Origin: a bacterium
GTDB lineage: Bacteria; SZUA-182; DTGQ01; JAFGSM01
Direction of reading: 5' to 3'
Length of the DNA stretch: 64,000 nucleotides
Assembly (NCBI GenBank): GCA_049472315.1
Contig: JBLIRN010000011.1
Span: forward strand, 14,186 to 78,185
Shown: one piece after another, positions 10,508 through 20,285 of the stretch
Layout of the letters: each line of letters starts with the position of its first letter
Numbering within the stretch: position 1 is the stretch's first letter
Made by a program: the position numbers and the translations under genes
The notes under the pieces: model-generated
The model's database searches: none
What the model saw: the letters and a program-made list of their open reading frames with translations, nothing else
Told to the model about the DNA's origin: nothing

Positions 10508-10782
10508 ACTCCCTGCCTTCATTCCCGGAACCATGTCTGCCAGCAACGATGTAATGTCAGAATCGGAATTGCCAAGGGAATGGCCGGATTGTTGCTTTCG
10601 GCGCTGTTCTATGATAATTTACTGAAATATTTTTATCTAATGTACATCTACTCAATATGTTCTTTGGAAATATTGCGCAACTATCCCCGGTTGCATTCTC
10701 GCTAAGCAGCTTCCATGGCTAATAGGGATCGTACATTACCGATACGGGAAACCATGCCACAGGAGTAAAAAGGAGAGCGTGT

Positions 10783-11187
10783 ATGAAGGATATCAACGCA
10801 CTTGTCATGCCGGATGATGTTCGCTATGCAGATGACCACGAGTGGGCCAGGGTGGAGGGTGATCTGGTCAGGATCGGCCTGGATGACTATGCCCAGGACC
10901 AGCTCGGGGATATCGTGTTCGTGGGATTGCCCGAGGTCGGCGCCACCTTTTCCAAGGGGGATGAATTCGCCACCGTGGATTCGGTCAAGGCATCCGCGGA
11001 GTGCTACATGCCGGTAAGCGGTGAGATCGTCGAGGTGAACGAGGCACTGGAGGAATCCCCCCAGTCGGTGAACCAGAGCCCGTACAAGGATGGATGGTTC
11101 GTGCTGGTGAAGCCGGACGACCTGTCGGAGCTGGACTCCCTCATGACCAGCAATTCATGTCTTGACAAGCTGAGAGGTAAGGAATAG
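10783..11187 (+). CDS. gcvH: Glycine cleavage system H protein
   Basis: HEW, DYAQDQLGDIVFV, DSVKAS (lipoyl lysine), VN.SPY..GW. Confidence 0.95.
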   Translation: MKDINALVMPDDVRYADDHEWARVEGDLVRIGLDDYAQDQLGDIVFVGLPEVGATFSKGDEFATVDSVKASAECYMPVSGEIVEVNEALEESPQSVNQSPYKDGWFVLVKPDDLSELDSLMTSNSCLDKLRGKE

Positions 11188-12519
11188 ATGCTGTACCTTC
11201 CCCATACCAATGACGACATCGAATCAATGCTCAGAGCGATAGGGATCAGTGACCTCGACGCCCTTTTTTCCACCATTCCCAAGGGGTGCCGTTTCACCGG
11301 GGGGCTCGACCTGCCGGAGCCCCTCACCGAGTGGGAGCTTGACACGCACATGGCATCCCTGGCAGGAGGCACGGCCGTGTCCCCGGAGTACAAGGTGTTC
11401 GTGGGGGCGGGAAGCTATGAGCATTTCATCCCTGCATCGGTGGTCTCCCTGATGGGTCGATCGGAGTTCGTCACCTCCTATACCCCCTATCAGCCTGAGA
11501 TGAGCCAGGGGACCCTCCAGGCGATCTACGAGTACCAGACCCTGGCTGCACGTCTGGTGGGGATGGAGGTGGCGACCGCCTCCCACTACGACGGCGCCAC
11601 CGCACTTGCGGAGTCCCTGCTCATGGCAGTCCGGATAACCAAGCGCACCAAGGTCGCCGTATCCCGGCTCATCCACCCCCTCTACCGGAGGGTGGTAAAG
11701 ACCTATTTCGAGCCCACGGGATTCGAGGTGATCGAACTGCCCTCGCTTCCAAGCGGGGTCACCGACCTTGCCGGGCTCGATTCCATGGATGATTGCGCAG
11801 CGGTTGCCGTGCAATCCCCCAACTTCTTCGGGTGCATCGAGGACCTTGGTGCGGTTGCGGAACGGGCCCATTCCCGCAAGGCCCTTTTCGTCGCCTCCTT
11901 CACCGAGGCCATCGCCTACGGGCTTCTCAAAAACCCGGGGACCCAGGGTGCCGACATCGTGTGCGGTGAGGGACAGAGCCTGGGCATACCCCGTTCGTTC
12001 GGTGGACCCGGGCTCGGCATCCTCGCGACACTCCAGAAGTACATGCGCAACCTCCCCGGCAGGCTGGTGGGGAAGACCACCGACCTGGACGGGAGGAGGG
12101 GGTTCGTCCTGACCCTCGCCACCCGTGAGCAGCATATCCGCAGGGAGCGGGCAACCTCCAACATCTGCACCAACAACAGCCTGTGCGCACTCACCGCTGC
12201 CATATACATGGCCTCCCTGGGCAGGACCGGCATGCATGAGCTCAGCCAGCTCAACCTTGACAAGGCCGAGTATCTGAAGCGGGGGCTTGCCGGCGCCGGG
12301 TGTAAAATCCCGTTCGACACCCCCACGTTCAATGAGTTCGTTGTGGCATTCCCTGGAGATCACGAGGCACTGTACAGGCGTCTTATCGAGAAGAGGGTTG
12401 TGGCGGGGCTTCCCCTTGAGCCCTACTATCCAGAGCTTCCTGGACACTACCTCATGTGCGTCACGGAGACCTTCTCCAGACAGGACCTGGACGCCCTTAT
12501 ACAGGAGGTGCGATCATGA
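11188..12519 (+). CDS. gcvPA: Glycine dehydrogenase subunit 1
   Basis: YTPYQPE.SQG.LQ..YEYQ, TREQHIRRE.ATSNIC. Confidence 0.95.
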   Translation: MLYLPHTNDDIESMLRAIGISDLDALFSTIPKGCRFTGGLDLPEPLTEWELDTHMASLAGGTAVSPEYKVFVGAGSYEHFIPASVVSLMGRSEFVTSYTPYQPEMSQGTLQAIYEYQTLAARLVGMEVATASHYDGATALAESLLMAVRITKRTKVAVSRLIHPLYRRVVKTYFEPTGFEVIELPSLPSGVTDLAGLDSMDDCAAVAVQSPNFFGCIEDLGAVAERAHSRKALFVASFTEAIAYGLLKNPGTQGADIVCGEGQSLGIPRSFGGPGLGILATLQKYMRNLPGRLVGKTTDLDGRRGFVLTLATREQHIRRERATSNICTNNSLCALTAAIYMASLGRTGMHELSQLNLDKAEYLKRGLAGAGCKIPFDTPTFNEFVVAFPGDHEALYRRLIEKRVVAGLPLEPYYPELPGHYLMCVTETFSRQDLDALIQEVRS

Positions 12520-13973
12520 GCGAAACCGTCGGCACCACCGGCCTTATACTGAACGAACCGTTCCTGTGGGAGAAGGGCAGGAGGGGGAGGAGGGGGTTCT
12601 CCATGCCCCGGCGCGATGTCGAGGCCGCTTCGCTTCCCTCAGCACTGACCGGTGAGGGGCCCGATTTCCCCGACCTCTCCGAGGTGGAAGTCGTGCGGCA
12701 CTACACCCGTCTTTCCCAGTGGAATTTCGGTGTGGACACCGGCATGTACCCCCTCGGCTCCTGCACCATGAAGTACAGCCCAAAGACCAATGAAAAACAG
12801 GCGAGCCTCCCGGGATTCGCCGGGGCCCATCCCCTCCTTCCCGGCACGCTCTCCCAGGGGGTGCTCAGGATGATGTACGAGCTGGAGGGGTACCTCGCCG
12901 AGATCACCGGCATGGATGCCACTACGCTTCAGCCTGCTGCCGGCGCCCACGGCGAGCTCACCGGCATGCTCCTCATTCATGCATACCACACGAGCAAGGG
13001 ATCGAGGCGATCGAAGATCATCGTGCCGGACACCGCCCATGGGACGAATCCCGCAAGTGTTGCCCTGTGCGGGTACACACCGGTGCCGGTGGGATCAAAC
13101 GACCAGGGGATCCTCTCCGTGGAGTCCATTGCAGCGGTCATGGACGAGGACACCGCAGGGATCATGGTGACCAACCCGAACACCCTCGGTCTATTCGAGG
13201 AAAACATCCGGGAGATCGCCGGCATCATCCACGAAAAGGGCGGTCTGGTCTACTGTGACGGCGCGAACCTGAATGCGGTCATGGGGATCGTCCGGATGGG
13301 GGAGATCGGTGTGGACGTGATGCACCTGAACCTACACAAGACCTTCTCCACGCCCCACGGCGGCGGTGGGCCCGGCTCGGGTCCGGTGTGCGTAAAGGCA
13401 CACCTTGCGCCCTTCCTCCCCGTTCCCTGGGTGGAGAAGGGGAGTGAGGGATACCGCCTTTCGTACGACCATCCACAATCCATAGGGAAAATATCGGCAT
13501 TTTATGGAAACGTGGGGGTTATGCTCAAGGCGTACAGCTACATCCGCATGATGGGGCCCGAGAACCTGAAACGGGCGAGCACCTTTGCGGTGCTGAATGC
13601 AAATTATATCAAGGAACGGTTGAAGGGGACCCTGCACCTTCCCTATGACCGTCCCTGCATGCACGAATGCGTGTTTTCGGACAAAAACCAGGAGGCATCG
13701 GGGGTGGTCACCCTTGATATGGCCAAGCGGCTCATGGATTACGGATTCCACCCGCCCACGGTCTATTTCCCCCTGGTGGTGCACGGCGCCATCATGATCG
13801 AGCCGACGGAAACGGAGGCAAAGGAGGACCTGGACCGGTTCGTGGAGGCATTCAAGGCCATTGCCGAAGAGGCACGGCAGGATCCCGACCTTCTCCACAA
13901 TGCCCCGGTCAAGTGCAAGGTGAAACGCCTGGATGAGGTGACCGCCGCACGCAAGCCCTGCCTGGGGGGATAA
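12516..13973 (+). CDS. gcvPB: Glycine dehydrogenase subunit 2
   Basis: YPLGSCTMKY, AHGTNPAS, HLNLHKTFSTPHGGGGPG; ATGA overlap with gcvPA, GGAGG RBS. Confidence 0.95.
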   Translation: MSETVGTTGLILNEPFLWEKGRRGRRGFSMPRRDVEAASLPSALTGEGPDFPDLSEVEVVRHYTRLSQWNFGVDTGMYPLGSCTMKYSPKTNEKQASLPGFAGAHPLLPGTLSQGVLRMMYELEGYLAEITGMDATTLQPAAGAHGELTGMLLIHAYHTSKGSRRSKIIVPDTAHGTNPASVALCGYTPVPVGSNDQGILSVESIAAVMDEDTAGIMVTNPNTLGLFEENIREIAGIIHEKGGLVYCDGANLNAVMGIVRMGEIGVDVMHLNLHKTFSTPHGGGGPGSGPVCVKAHLAPFLPVPWVEKGSEGYRLSYDHPQSIGKISAFYGNVGVMLKAYSYIRMMGPENLKRASTFAVLNANYIKERLKGTLHLPYDRPCMHECVFSDKNQEASGVVTLDMAKRLMDYGFHPPTVYFPLVVHGAIMIEPTETEAKEDLDRFVEAFKAIAEEARQDPDLLHNAPVKCKVKRLDEVTAARKPCLGG

Positions 13974-13976
13974 GGA

Positions 13977-15377
13977 ATGTCCGCACCTGATTCCCGCGAG
14001 ATTGTCATCATCGGCCTTGGCGTGGGAGGGCTCTATGCCTCCAAGGCAGCCCTTTCCCTCAACCGGAAGTGCCATGTCACCATTCTCGAGAAGCGGGACT
14101 TCGACCAGTTCTCACCCTGCGGCCTTCCCTATGTCGTCGAGGGTTTAGTCAAGGACTTCGACGCCCTCAAATACGAGGTGCCCGCATTCGGCACAAAGCT
14201 GACCAAACTCTTGCGGCATGAGGCAATTGGAATTGATAAGAAAAGGAGGGTGGTGAGGGCGAGAGACTCCGCCACCGGTGAGGAGAAGGAGATCGGATAC
14301 GATGCCCTTATCCTTGCCTTTGGCGCCCTCCCGGTCATCCTGCCCATACCCGGTGCACAGGAATTCATGGGAAGGGGGGTGCACGCCCTGTGGAACATCG
14401 AATCCGGACGGGACCTGCTCGAGGCCGCACAGGCATCACGGAAGGGGAGGGCGGTGGTGGTGGGAGGCGGCGCCATGGGACTCGAGGCTGCGGTGGGGCT
14501 CAGGGGCCGGGGGCTCGATGTCGCGGTGACCAAGAGGACCCCGCACCCCTTTCCCCGTAACCTGGATCCAGCCATGGGAACGATCATCACGGATCATTTG
14601 GAGAAGATGGGCATACGCGTCCTCTTTGGCAGGGGGATCGACCGGATCAATGGGACGGACCGGGTGGAATCGGTGGAGATCGCCGGAGAGACCATCGAGT
14701 GCGACATCGTGGTCATGGCCGTCGGGATGAGGGGCGACCTGAGGCTTGCCGATATGGCGGGGACGCAGACCGACAAGGGGTTTATTGTGGTCAATGACAG
14801 GATGGAGACCTCGGAGGCTGATGTCTTTGCGGTGGGTGACCTTGTCCGGACCCATTCCCGCATCGACGGCACCCCGGACACCATGCAGCTTGCAACCGCC
14901 GCCTTCCGGCAGGGGATGGTGGCGGGGGTGAATGCCGCAGGCGGCGATACCTCCTATCCGGGTGTACTCAACACCTTTCTCACCGTCATCGGCGGGCTGC
15001 AGGTGGCTTCCACCGGCTATACCCAGGAGCGCGCGAAGGAGCACGGCTTCGATGCCAAGGCGGTATCCACCGTCCGGGAGATACGGCCCCACTATATGCC
15101 GGATGCCCATCCCCTTCACCTGAGGGTTGTGTGCGAGGCGGGAAGCGGAAGGATTCTGGGTGCCCAGGCAGCGGGACGGGAGGGGGCCTCCTGGCGGATC
15201 AACCTGTTCAGCCTCGCCATCCAGGCGGGGATGGGTCTCCATGACCTCCTGGATACCGAACTTGCCTATAACCCCCCCGTATCCCAGATGTATGATCCCA
15301 TCACCCAGATCGCGGAGGTGGGCATCAAGAGGCTCGGGCTCCCTCCCAGGGAATGTGGGCGCCCCCCGCGCACATGA
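13977..15377 (+). CDS. FAD-dependent pyridine nucleotide-disulfide oxidoreductase, NADH oxidase/CoA-disulfide reductase type
   Basis: GxGxxG FAD motif, single-Cys FSPCGLPY, GGGAMGLE, VFAVGD, C-terminal LAYNPP. Confidence 0.85.
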   Translation: MSAPDSREIVIIGLGVGGLYASKAALSLNRKCHVTILEKRDFDQFSPCGLPYVVEGLVKDFDALKYEVPAFGTKLTKLLRHEAIGIDKKRRVVRARDSATGEEKEIGYDALILAFGALPVILPIPGAQEFMGRGVHALWNIESGRDLLEAAQASRKGRAVVVGGGAMGLEAAVGLRGRGLDVAVTKRTPHPFPRNLDPAMGTIITDHLEKMGIRVLFGRGIDRINGTDRVESVEIAGETIECDIVVMAVGMRGDLRLADMAGTQTDKGFIVVNDRMETSEADVFAVGDLVRTHSRIDGTPDTMQLATAAFRQGMVAGVNAAGGDTSYPGVLNTFLTVIGGLQVASTGYTQERAKEHGFDAKAVSTVREIRPHYMPDAHPLHLRVVCEAGSGRILGAQAAGREGASWRINLFSLAIQAGMGLHDLLDTELAYNPPVSQMYDPITQIAEVGIKRLGLPPRECGRPPRT

Positions 15378-16093
15378 TGACCGGGAAGGGAATGGCCGAG
15401 TGGTTCTCCATCGAGCTCCCGGTGGTTGACTACCAGGAGGTCTGGGACCTTCAGCGCCTTCTCGTAACGGCGCGGAAAGAGGGGCCCCTTGATCGGGATG
15501 TCGTGATTCTCACGGAGCACCCTCCCGTATATACCGTGGGCAGAAGGGGCGGGATGCAGGACCTGCGGGTGACCGAGGATTTTCTAAGGACGAAGGGGAT
15601 CTCGGTCATCAGGATCGAGCGCGGGGGAAACATCACCTTCCACGGTCCCGGTCAAATCGTCATGTATCCGATCATCGATCTTCGCCGGGCAGGTATGGGT
15701 GTGGCTGATCTCATCGAGCGGCTCGAGGGGATCATGCTGAGGGCCGCCGCGGATTACGGCCTCACGGCGACGCGGAACCCCCTCAACAGGGGGGTATGGG
15801 TGGGGCAAAGAAAGCTCGGGAGCGTGGGTATTGCCATCCGTCGCGGGATCTCCTTCCACGGCGCATCGCTCAACGTGACGAATTCCCTGGAGCCGTTCTC
15901 ATGGATCAATCCGTGCGGGTTGAAGGGGATCGAGATGACCTCGATTGCTCAGGAGATCTCGGGCACCGTGCGCATGGAGGAGGTCCGCAAGGACGTGAGA
16001 CGCCATACAGAGGGCATATTCGGGGTTGCACTAAGGGAAATGCGGATGGCTCGGGGTCAGGTCTTGAATTATCAGTTTTTGCTTCGAAAATAG
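15374..16093 (+). CDS. lipB: Octanoyltransferase
   Basis: EHPPVYT.GR, RGG.IT.HGPGQ, K..S.G, HG..LNV, INPCG. Confidence 0.93.
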   Translation: MMTGKGMAEWFSIELPVVDYQEVWDLQRLLVTARKEGPLDRDVVILTEHPPVYTVGRRGGMQDLRVTEDFLRTKGISVIRIERGGNITFHGPGQIVMYPIIDLRRAGMGVADLIERLEGIMLRAAADYGLTATRNPLNRGVWVGQRKLGSVGIAIRRGISFHGASLNVTNSLEPFSWINPCGLKGIEMTSIAQEISGTVRMEEVRKDVRRHTEGIFGVALREMRMARGQVLNYQFLLRK

Positions 16094-16174
16094 AATCATA
16101 TTTTCATGCTTCGTGATGCCACAAGGTGGCATGAGGGTTTGTTGCAGAAAACTGTCATTTCAAGACCTGACCCC
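16053..16174. repeat. REP/MITE-like inverted-repeat element, copy 1
   Basis: Ends GGGGTCAGGTCTTGAA...TTCAAGACCTGACCCC; related copy at 44510-44703. Confidence 0.8.
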
Positions 16175-16223
16175 ATTTCGGATGCGGCAAATCTCAAAAA
16201 AGTAAATCCCGAACGAACAGAGC

Positions 16224-17150
16224 ATGACAGTGACCATGGGTCATATAAATCAAGGGAATAACAATAGGATTGTCAGAAAACCGCCATGGTTGAGGCGCAG
16301 CCTTCCCAAGGGGGGTGCATTCGAGCGGGTGAGGGGACTTGTTCAGGCAGGGGGTCTCCACACCGTGTGCCAGGAGGCGCAATGCCCCAACATGTGGGAG
16401 TGTTTTTCCCGTCATACGGCGACGTTTCTCATCATGGGGCCCCGGTGCACGCGCCGGTGCCGTTTCTGTGCGGTCGATCACGGGCCATCAGGGCCTCCGG
16501 ACCCGGAAGAACCCGCAAGGGTCGCAGAGATGGTCAAGAGGATGGGACTGCACTATGTGGTGATCACATCGGTTACCCGGGATGATCTTGCGGATGGTGG
16601 TGCAGGCCTTTTTGCGGCAACGATCGAGGCGATCAGGGGAATGGTGTCCGATGCCCTCGTGGAGGTCCTGATACCCGACCTTCAGGGGAGCATCGATGCC
16701 CTCCGAACGGTCCTCGATGCCCGTCCTGCAGTGCTGAACCACAACATCGAGACGGTACCTCGCCTGTATCCTATGGCCCGTCCCGGCGCCGGCTATCATC
16801 GATCCCTCGAGATATTCAGACAGGCAAGGGAATATGCACCGTCCACCCCTTTGAAATCGGGTCTCATGCTCGGACTCGGGGAATCGGGTGAGGAGGTGAA
16901 GGAGGTCCTGGGTGATCTCCGTGCCGCAGGCTGTAGCATCCTGACATTGGGACAGTATCTTCAACCGACAAGGGATCACCTGCCGGTGGAACATTTCATT
17001 CCTCCTGAGGAATTCGATCGGTGGAAGGAGATCGCGCTCGCCATGGGATTCTCGGATGCAGCGAGCGGACCATTTGTCAGGAGTTCCTATAGGGCGCGGG
17101 AGCTTTATAGGGGCGCAGAGGGTGAAGCTGTCCAACCTATCGCTCACTAA
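16224..17150 (+). CDS. lipA: Lipoyl synthase
   Basis: CQEAQCPNMWEC and CTRRCRFC clusters, VRSSY. Confidence 0.95.
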   Translation: MTVTMGHINQGNNNRIVRKPPWLRRSLPKGGAFERVRGLVQAGGLHTVCQEAQCPNMWECFSRHTATFLIMGPRCTRRCRFCAVDHGPSGPPDPEEPARVAEMVKRMGLHYVVITSVTRDDLADGGAGLFAATIEAIRGMVSDALVEVLIPDLQGSIDALRTVLDARPAVLNHNIETVPRLYPMARPGAGYHRSLEIFRQAREYAPSTPLKSGLMLGLGESGEEVKEVLGDLRAAGCSILTLGQYLQPTRDHLPVEHFIPPEEFDRWKEIALAMGFSDAASGPFVRSSYRARELYRGAEGEAVQPIAH

Positions 17151-17377
17151 ACGATTTTCCGCCCACGGCGGCTAAAGCGCGTCAGTGTGCTTCGGCTCAT
17201 CCTTACGCATTTTTCGATTCCGCGGATATCCCTTCTTCGTGAATATCCATAAATCCTATGTCCCTTTATCATATATTACATGGTCAGCTTATGAGAAATG
17301 GGGTAACCTGGGTATAAGAAAGTAAATATATTGTTGATATTCTGAAAAAAATAAAAGATAGTCAAAACACTCCCCGC

Positions 17378-17393
17378 TGGAATGCTCCTTGCT
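17378..17393 (+). promoter_or_regulatory. Possible sigma-54 promoter
   Basis: TGGAATGCTCCTTGCT (GG-N10-GC; imperfect -24 box). Confidence 0.45.
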
Positions 17394-17456
17394 TATTAAA
17401 AAATCGGCAATAATCACGAATAGCTAATATCACACCCTCGTAAGGTGGGAGCATTT

Positions 17457-17819
17457 ATGAGTACCTGCCTGTTAAGAAATATTGCAGTGCACCGGCGGTC
17501 TTATACCGGCATCGTTGTCCTCCTTGTGTTCAGTATATGCGCCCTCCTCTACCTGCAAGGTGAAGAATATGCGCAGTGCAGATGTGTCTTCCCAGATGAG
17601 ATCATGGATTTTCACTTTTCAGTCTCACCTCATATCGGGGATGATGAACAAATCTGCTGCTGCATATCAGGTGCGGATACCCCCCTGTTCTTCACCCTTG
17701 TGGATATGTGCAAGACATTTGCCCGGAATGGGTCTCATATTCCAGCCTTTTTATTCCTCGAAAACCTGCATCATCCGGATTGCAGGAGGCAATTAATCCT
17801 TCAGCGCTATAAATCCTGA
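17457..17819 (+). CDS. Small hypothetical protein with an N-terminal hydrophobic segment
   Basis: GGGAG RBS before ATG 17457; one hydrophobic stretch; no recognised family. Confidence 0.35.
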   Translation: MSTCLLRNIAVHRRSYTGIVVLLVFSICALLYLQGEEYAQCRCVFPDEIMDFHFSVSPHIGDDEQICCCISGADTPLFFTLVDMCKTFARNGSHIPAFLFLENLHHPDCRRQLILQRYKS

Positions 17820-18053
17820 GATTACGCACCTCATCCCGTTTTCTTTCTTTCCATGAAGGCATCTTTATGTATTTATTGTAAATGTATTCTTGTTTAAAGC
17901 AGAGGATATACGACATGATGTACATGTCATGGTATCACCATTTTTTCATGAGCACACCACTATGATTGTTTGAACATACATGACTGCGGCGATTATTTCC
18001 TCGTGCGGATTCGAATGGATTGTTGCAAGGGATTTCGTAAATGGAGGTACTGC

Positions 18054-19055
18054 ATGAAGAGGTTAGTGCGTGAAACAGTGAATTCAGGAATTGTGATCAT
18101 AATCCTCGTATTGGTGGTCCCGCTTGCCGTCTCCCCTGGCAATGCCTACTTTGGCACCTTTTCTTCGGGATTTTATGGAGGACTCGGATCATACGGATTG
18201 GGGGGATTATACGGCATGGGTCTCTATGGCCTTGGCGGCATGTACGGAGGTTCATACGGCCTGTACGGTCTTTCCGGTCTCGGGGGCCTGTATGGCCTGG
18301 GCGGTATCTATGGCCTGGGCGGGCTTTACGGCATGGGTCTCTATGGCCTTGGCGGCATGTATGGAGGTTCATACGGCCTGTACGGTCTTTCCGGTCTCGG
18401 GGGCCTGTATGGCCTGGGCCTTGGCGGGCTCTGCGGCCTGAGTGGCTTGTACGGTCTTTCCGGTCTTTCCGGTCTCGGCGGCCTTGGCGGCTTGTATGGC
18501 CTTGGCGGGCTCTCCGGCCTCGGAGGACTCCTCGGCTCAATGGGGCTCCTGGGCAACTTGGGTCTTGGTAATACAATCACTCAGAGTACTCCAACACAAA
18601 CGGCCGTGCTCACAGCGGAACAGGCCGGCACGTGGTCAGGCACCTGGACGAGTCTCGTTACCCTGAAGGGCGGGTTCATGGATATGAGCCTCGTTGAGGA
18701 TGTGCTGACGGGTGTGCTCAGCGGGCAGGTGAATCTGTTCCTGAACAAGGTCACAAATTCGATACCTGCCGATGTGACAGGATATCTCACTACCGTTGGA
18801 CCCGGCAGTTTGGGCATTACCGGAACAGGCGGGGCAGTGGCGACATTCATCCTCTCCGGAGGGAATCAGAGTTTCTTCAGCTCGCTGGTGCTGGTGCCGG
18901 TTTTTACCAGCGCCATTCCCCTTTACACCATCAATCTTGTCTGTGTCATGACAAGCCCGGTCACGATGACCGGGACGTATGATGTGCAGGATATCTATAA
19001 GCTGAATGCCGATTCAGGTGAATTCCAACTGACCCTGACTGCGCCGGTTATATAG
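18054..19055 (+). CDS. Exported Gly/Leu/Tyr-rich repeat protein with a C-terminal AEQAGTW domain, paralogue A
   Basis: GGAGG RBS, signal peptide, GLYGLGG repeats; C-terminal domain shared with 19407-20285. Confidence 0.8.
   Translation: MKRLVRETVNSGIVIIILVLVVPLAVSPGNAYFGTFSSGFYGGLGSYGLGGLYGMGLYGLGGMYGGSYGLYGLSGLGGLYGLGGIYGLGGLYGMGLYGLGGMYGGSYGLYGLSGLGGLYGLGLGGLCGLSGLYGLSGLSGLGGLGGLYGLGGLSGLGGLLGSMGLLGNLGLGNTITQSTPTQTAVLTAEQAGTWSGTWTSLVTLKGGFMDMSLVEDVLTGVLSGQVNLFLNKVTNSIPADVTGYLTTVGPGSLGITGTGGAVATFILSGGNQSFFSSLVLVPVFTSAIPLYTINLVCVMTSPVTMTGTYDVQDIYKLNADSGEFQLTLTAPVI
18210..18419 (+). repeat. Intragenic direct repeat: 93 bp unit, 117 bp period
   Basis: 18210-18302 vs 18327-18419; one synonymous mismatch seen. 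Confidence 0.85.
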
Positions 19056-19084
19056 CCATCTCCCTACCCTCCTAACCATGAAGA

Positions 19085-19131
19085 CGGGCTGCCTGAATAA
19101 CGTAAGGCAGCCCGCATTCTCTCTTTTTTTT
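19085..19131 (+). terminator. Intrinsic terminator
   Basis: CGGGCTGCCT...AGGCAGCCCG stem followed by a pyrimidine/T tract. Confidence 0.7.
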
Positions 19132-19406
19132 CGGGAAAAACCATACCGATAAGGGCGTGCCATTATCAGTGAGCTTACAATCAATGGCCCGGCAGAATTG
19201 GGCCATTCATCATTGCAAAGACCCTGTATGCTGCAATTTCTTGTTTTTATACTTGGGAGAGGATGGATGCCGCCCCTGGGTGGGCACGAAAGTTCTCCCC
19301 AGGTTCGGCTGACACAGTTCAGTGGTAATGAGAGAACCCATGCCGTCCGTTTCCGGATGATTCGGGAATCCTCGCGGGGAATGACATCTACCCCCTGATT
19401 GCTGGC

Positions 19407-20285
19407 TTACAGAGGCACGGAAATACAGGTAAGGGTGAAGCTTCCGATATCACTGCTAAACAGTTTTACAAGATCCTGAATAACATATGAGCCGGTCATG
19501 CTGGTCGGACTCGTCAAGGTGCAGGTGAGCTCGATGGAGTAGAGGGTGGCTGAGGGAATGAGCAGGAACGTGCTGGTGAAAATGGTATTATTTCCACCGG
19601 AGAGGATGAATGTAGAGCCGCCGCTGTAGACACCCTTCACCTGAGCCGGTATCGAAGCGGTTATATTATTCAGCAGAAGATTCACCTCCCCGGAGAGAAG
19701 GCTGTTTGTTGCATCCTCTATGAGGGTGAGGTTCATTGATCCGAAATCGGTGATTTTGACATAGCTGAACCAGGTTCCGGTCCATGTGCCTGCCTGCTCC
19801 GCGGCGACCACAGGAACGGAAGGGACCGCCGGTAACAATGACGCAGGCAATAGGCCGAGGGACAGTGAGCCAAGAGAGATAGTATTGCCGATGCCTCCGG
19901 CATTGCCGATGCTGTTCAGGAGCGCCCACGGCCCGAACATGCGGTACATAGCCCCAAGGCCGAGAAAGGGATTGAGTCCGTAGAGGCCGCCAAGACTTCC
20001 GCCAAACAGGCCCATTCCATATATTCCGGCAGGGATCGCGGGGAATCCGAGGTTCAGGCTTGACCCGATTCCATACAACCCGCCGTAGAATCCTCCGTAT
20101 CCATGGAGATTATAGATCCCCCCTATGGAGGGGTACATCCCGTACGCCCCTGGAACATTTCCATATATATTCCTGCTCCCTGAGAAAAGGATGTACGGGT
20201 GTGCATCATACGCCCCCGCAATGAGAATAACCATCCCTATAAGAGCTATACTCATAAGTAGAAGCAATGATTGTGCGGTTTTCAT
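19407..20285 (-). CDS. Exported Gly/Tyr-rich protein with a C-terminal AEQAGTW domain, paralogue B
   Basis: GGAGG RBS before MKTAQ, signal peptide, YG/GLYG-rich region, AEQAGTWTGTW domain. Confidence 0.8.
   Translation of the reverse strand: MKTAQSLLLLMSIALIGMVILIAGAYDAHPYILFSGSRNIYGNVPGAYGMYPSIGGIYNLHGYGGFYGGLYGIGSSLNLGFPAIPAGIYGMGLFGGSLGGLYGLNPFLGLGAMYRMFGPWALLNSIGNAGGIGNTISLGSLSLGLLPASLLPAVPSVPVVAAEQAGTWTGTWFSYVKITDFGSMNLTLIEDATNSLLSGEVNLLLNNITASIPAQVKGVYSGGSTFILSGGNNTIFTSTFLLIPSATLYSIELTCTLTSPTSMTGSYVIQDLVKLFSSDIGSFTLTCISVPL

Noticed and set aside
10580..10782. Glycine riboswitch upstream of gcvH (also checked upstream of gcvT)
   Set aside because: The conserved GGAGA...CCGAAG...CTCTCAGG aptamer pattern was not found
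11224..12447. Long antisense ORFs (also 8647-9657, 31101-32171 and others)
   Set aside because: Shadow frames of GC-rich genes with clear assignments on the opposite strand
18210..18530. CRISPR-like array
   Set aside because: The repeats are codon-periodic Gly/Leu/Tyr coding repeats without unique spacers; no cas genes
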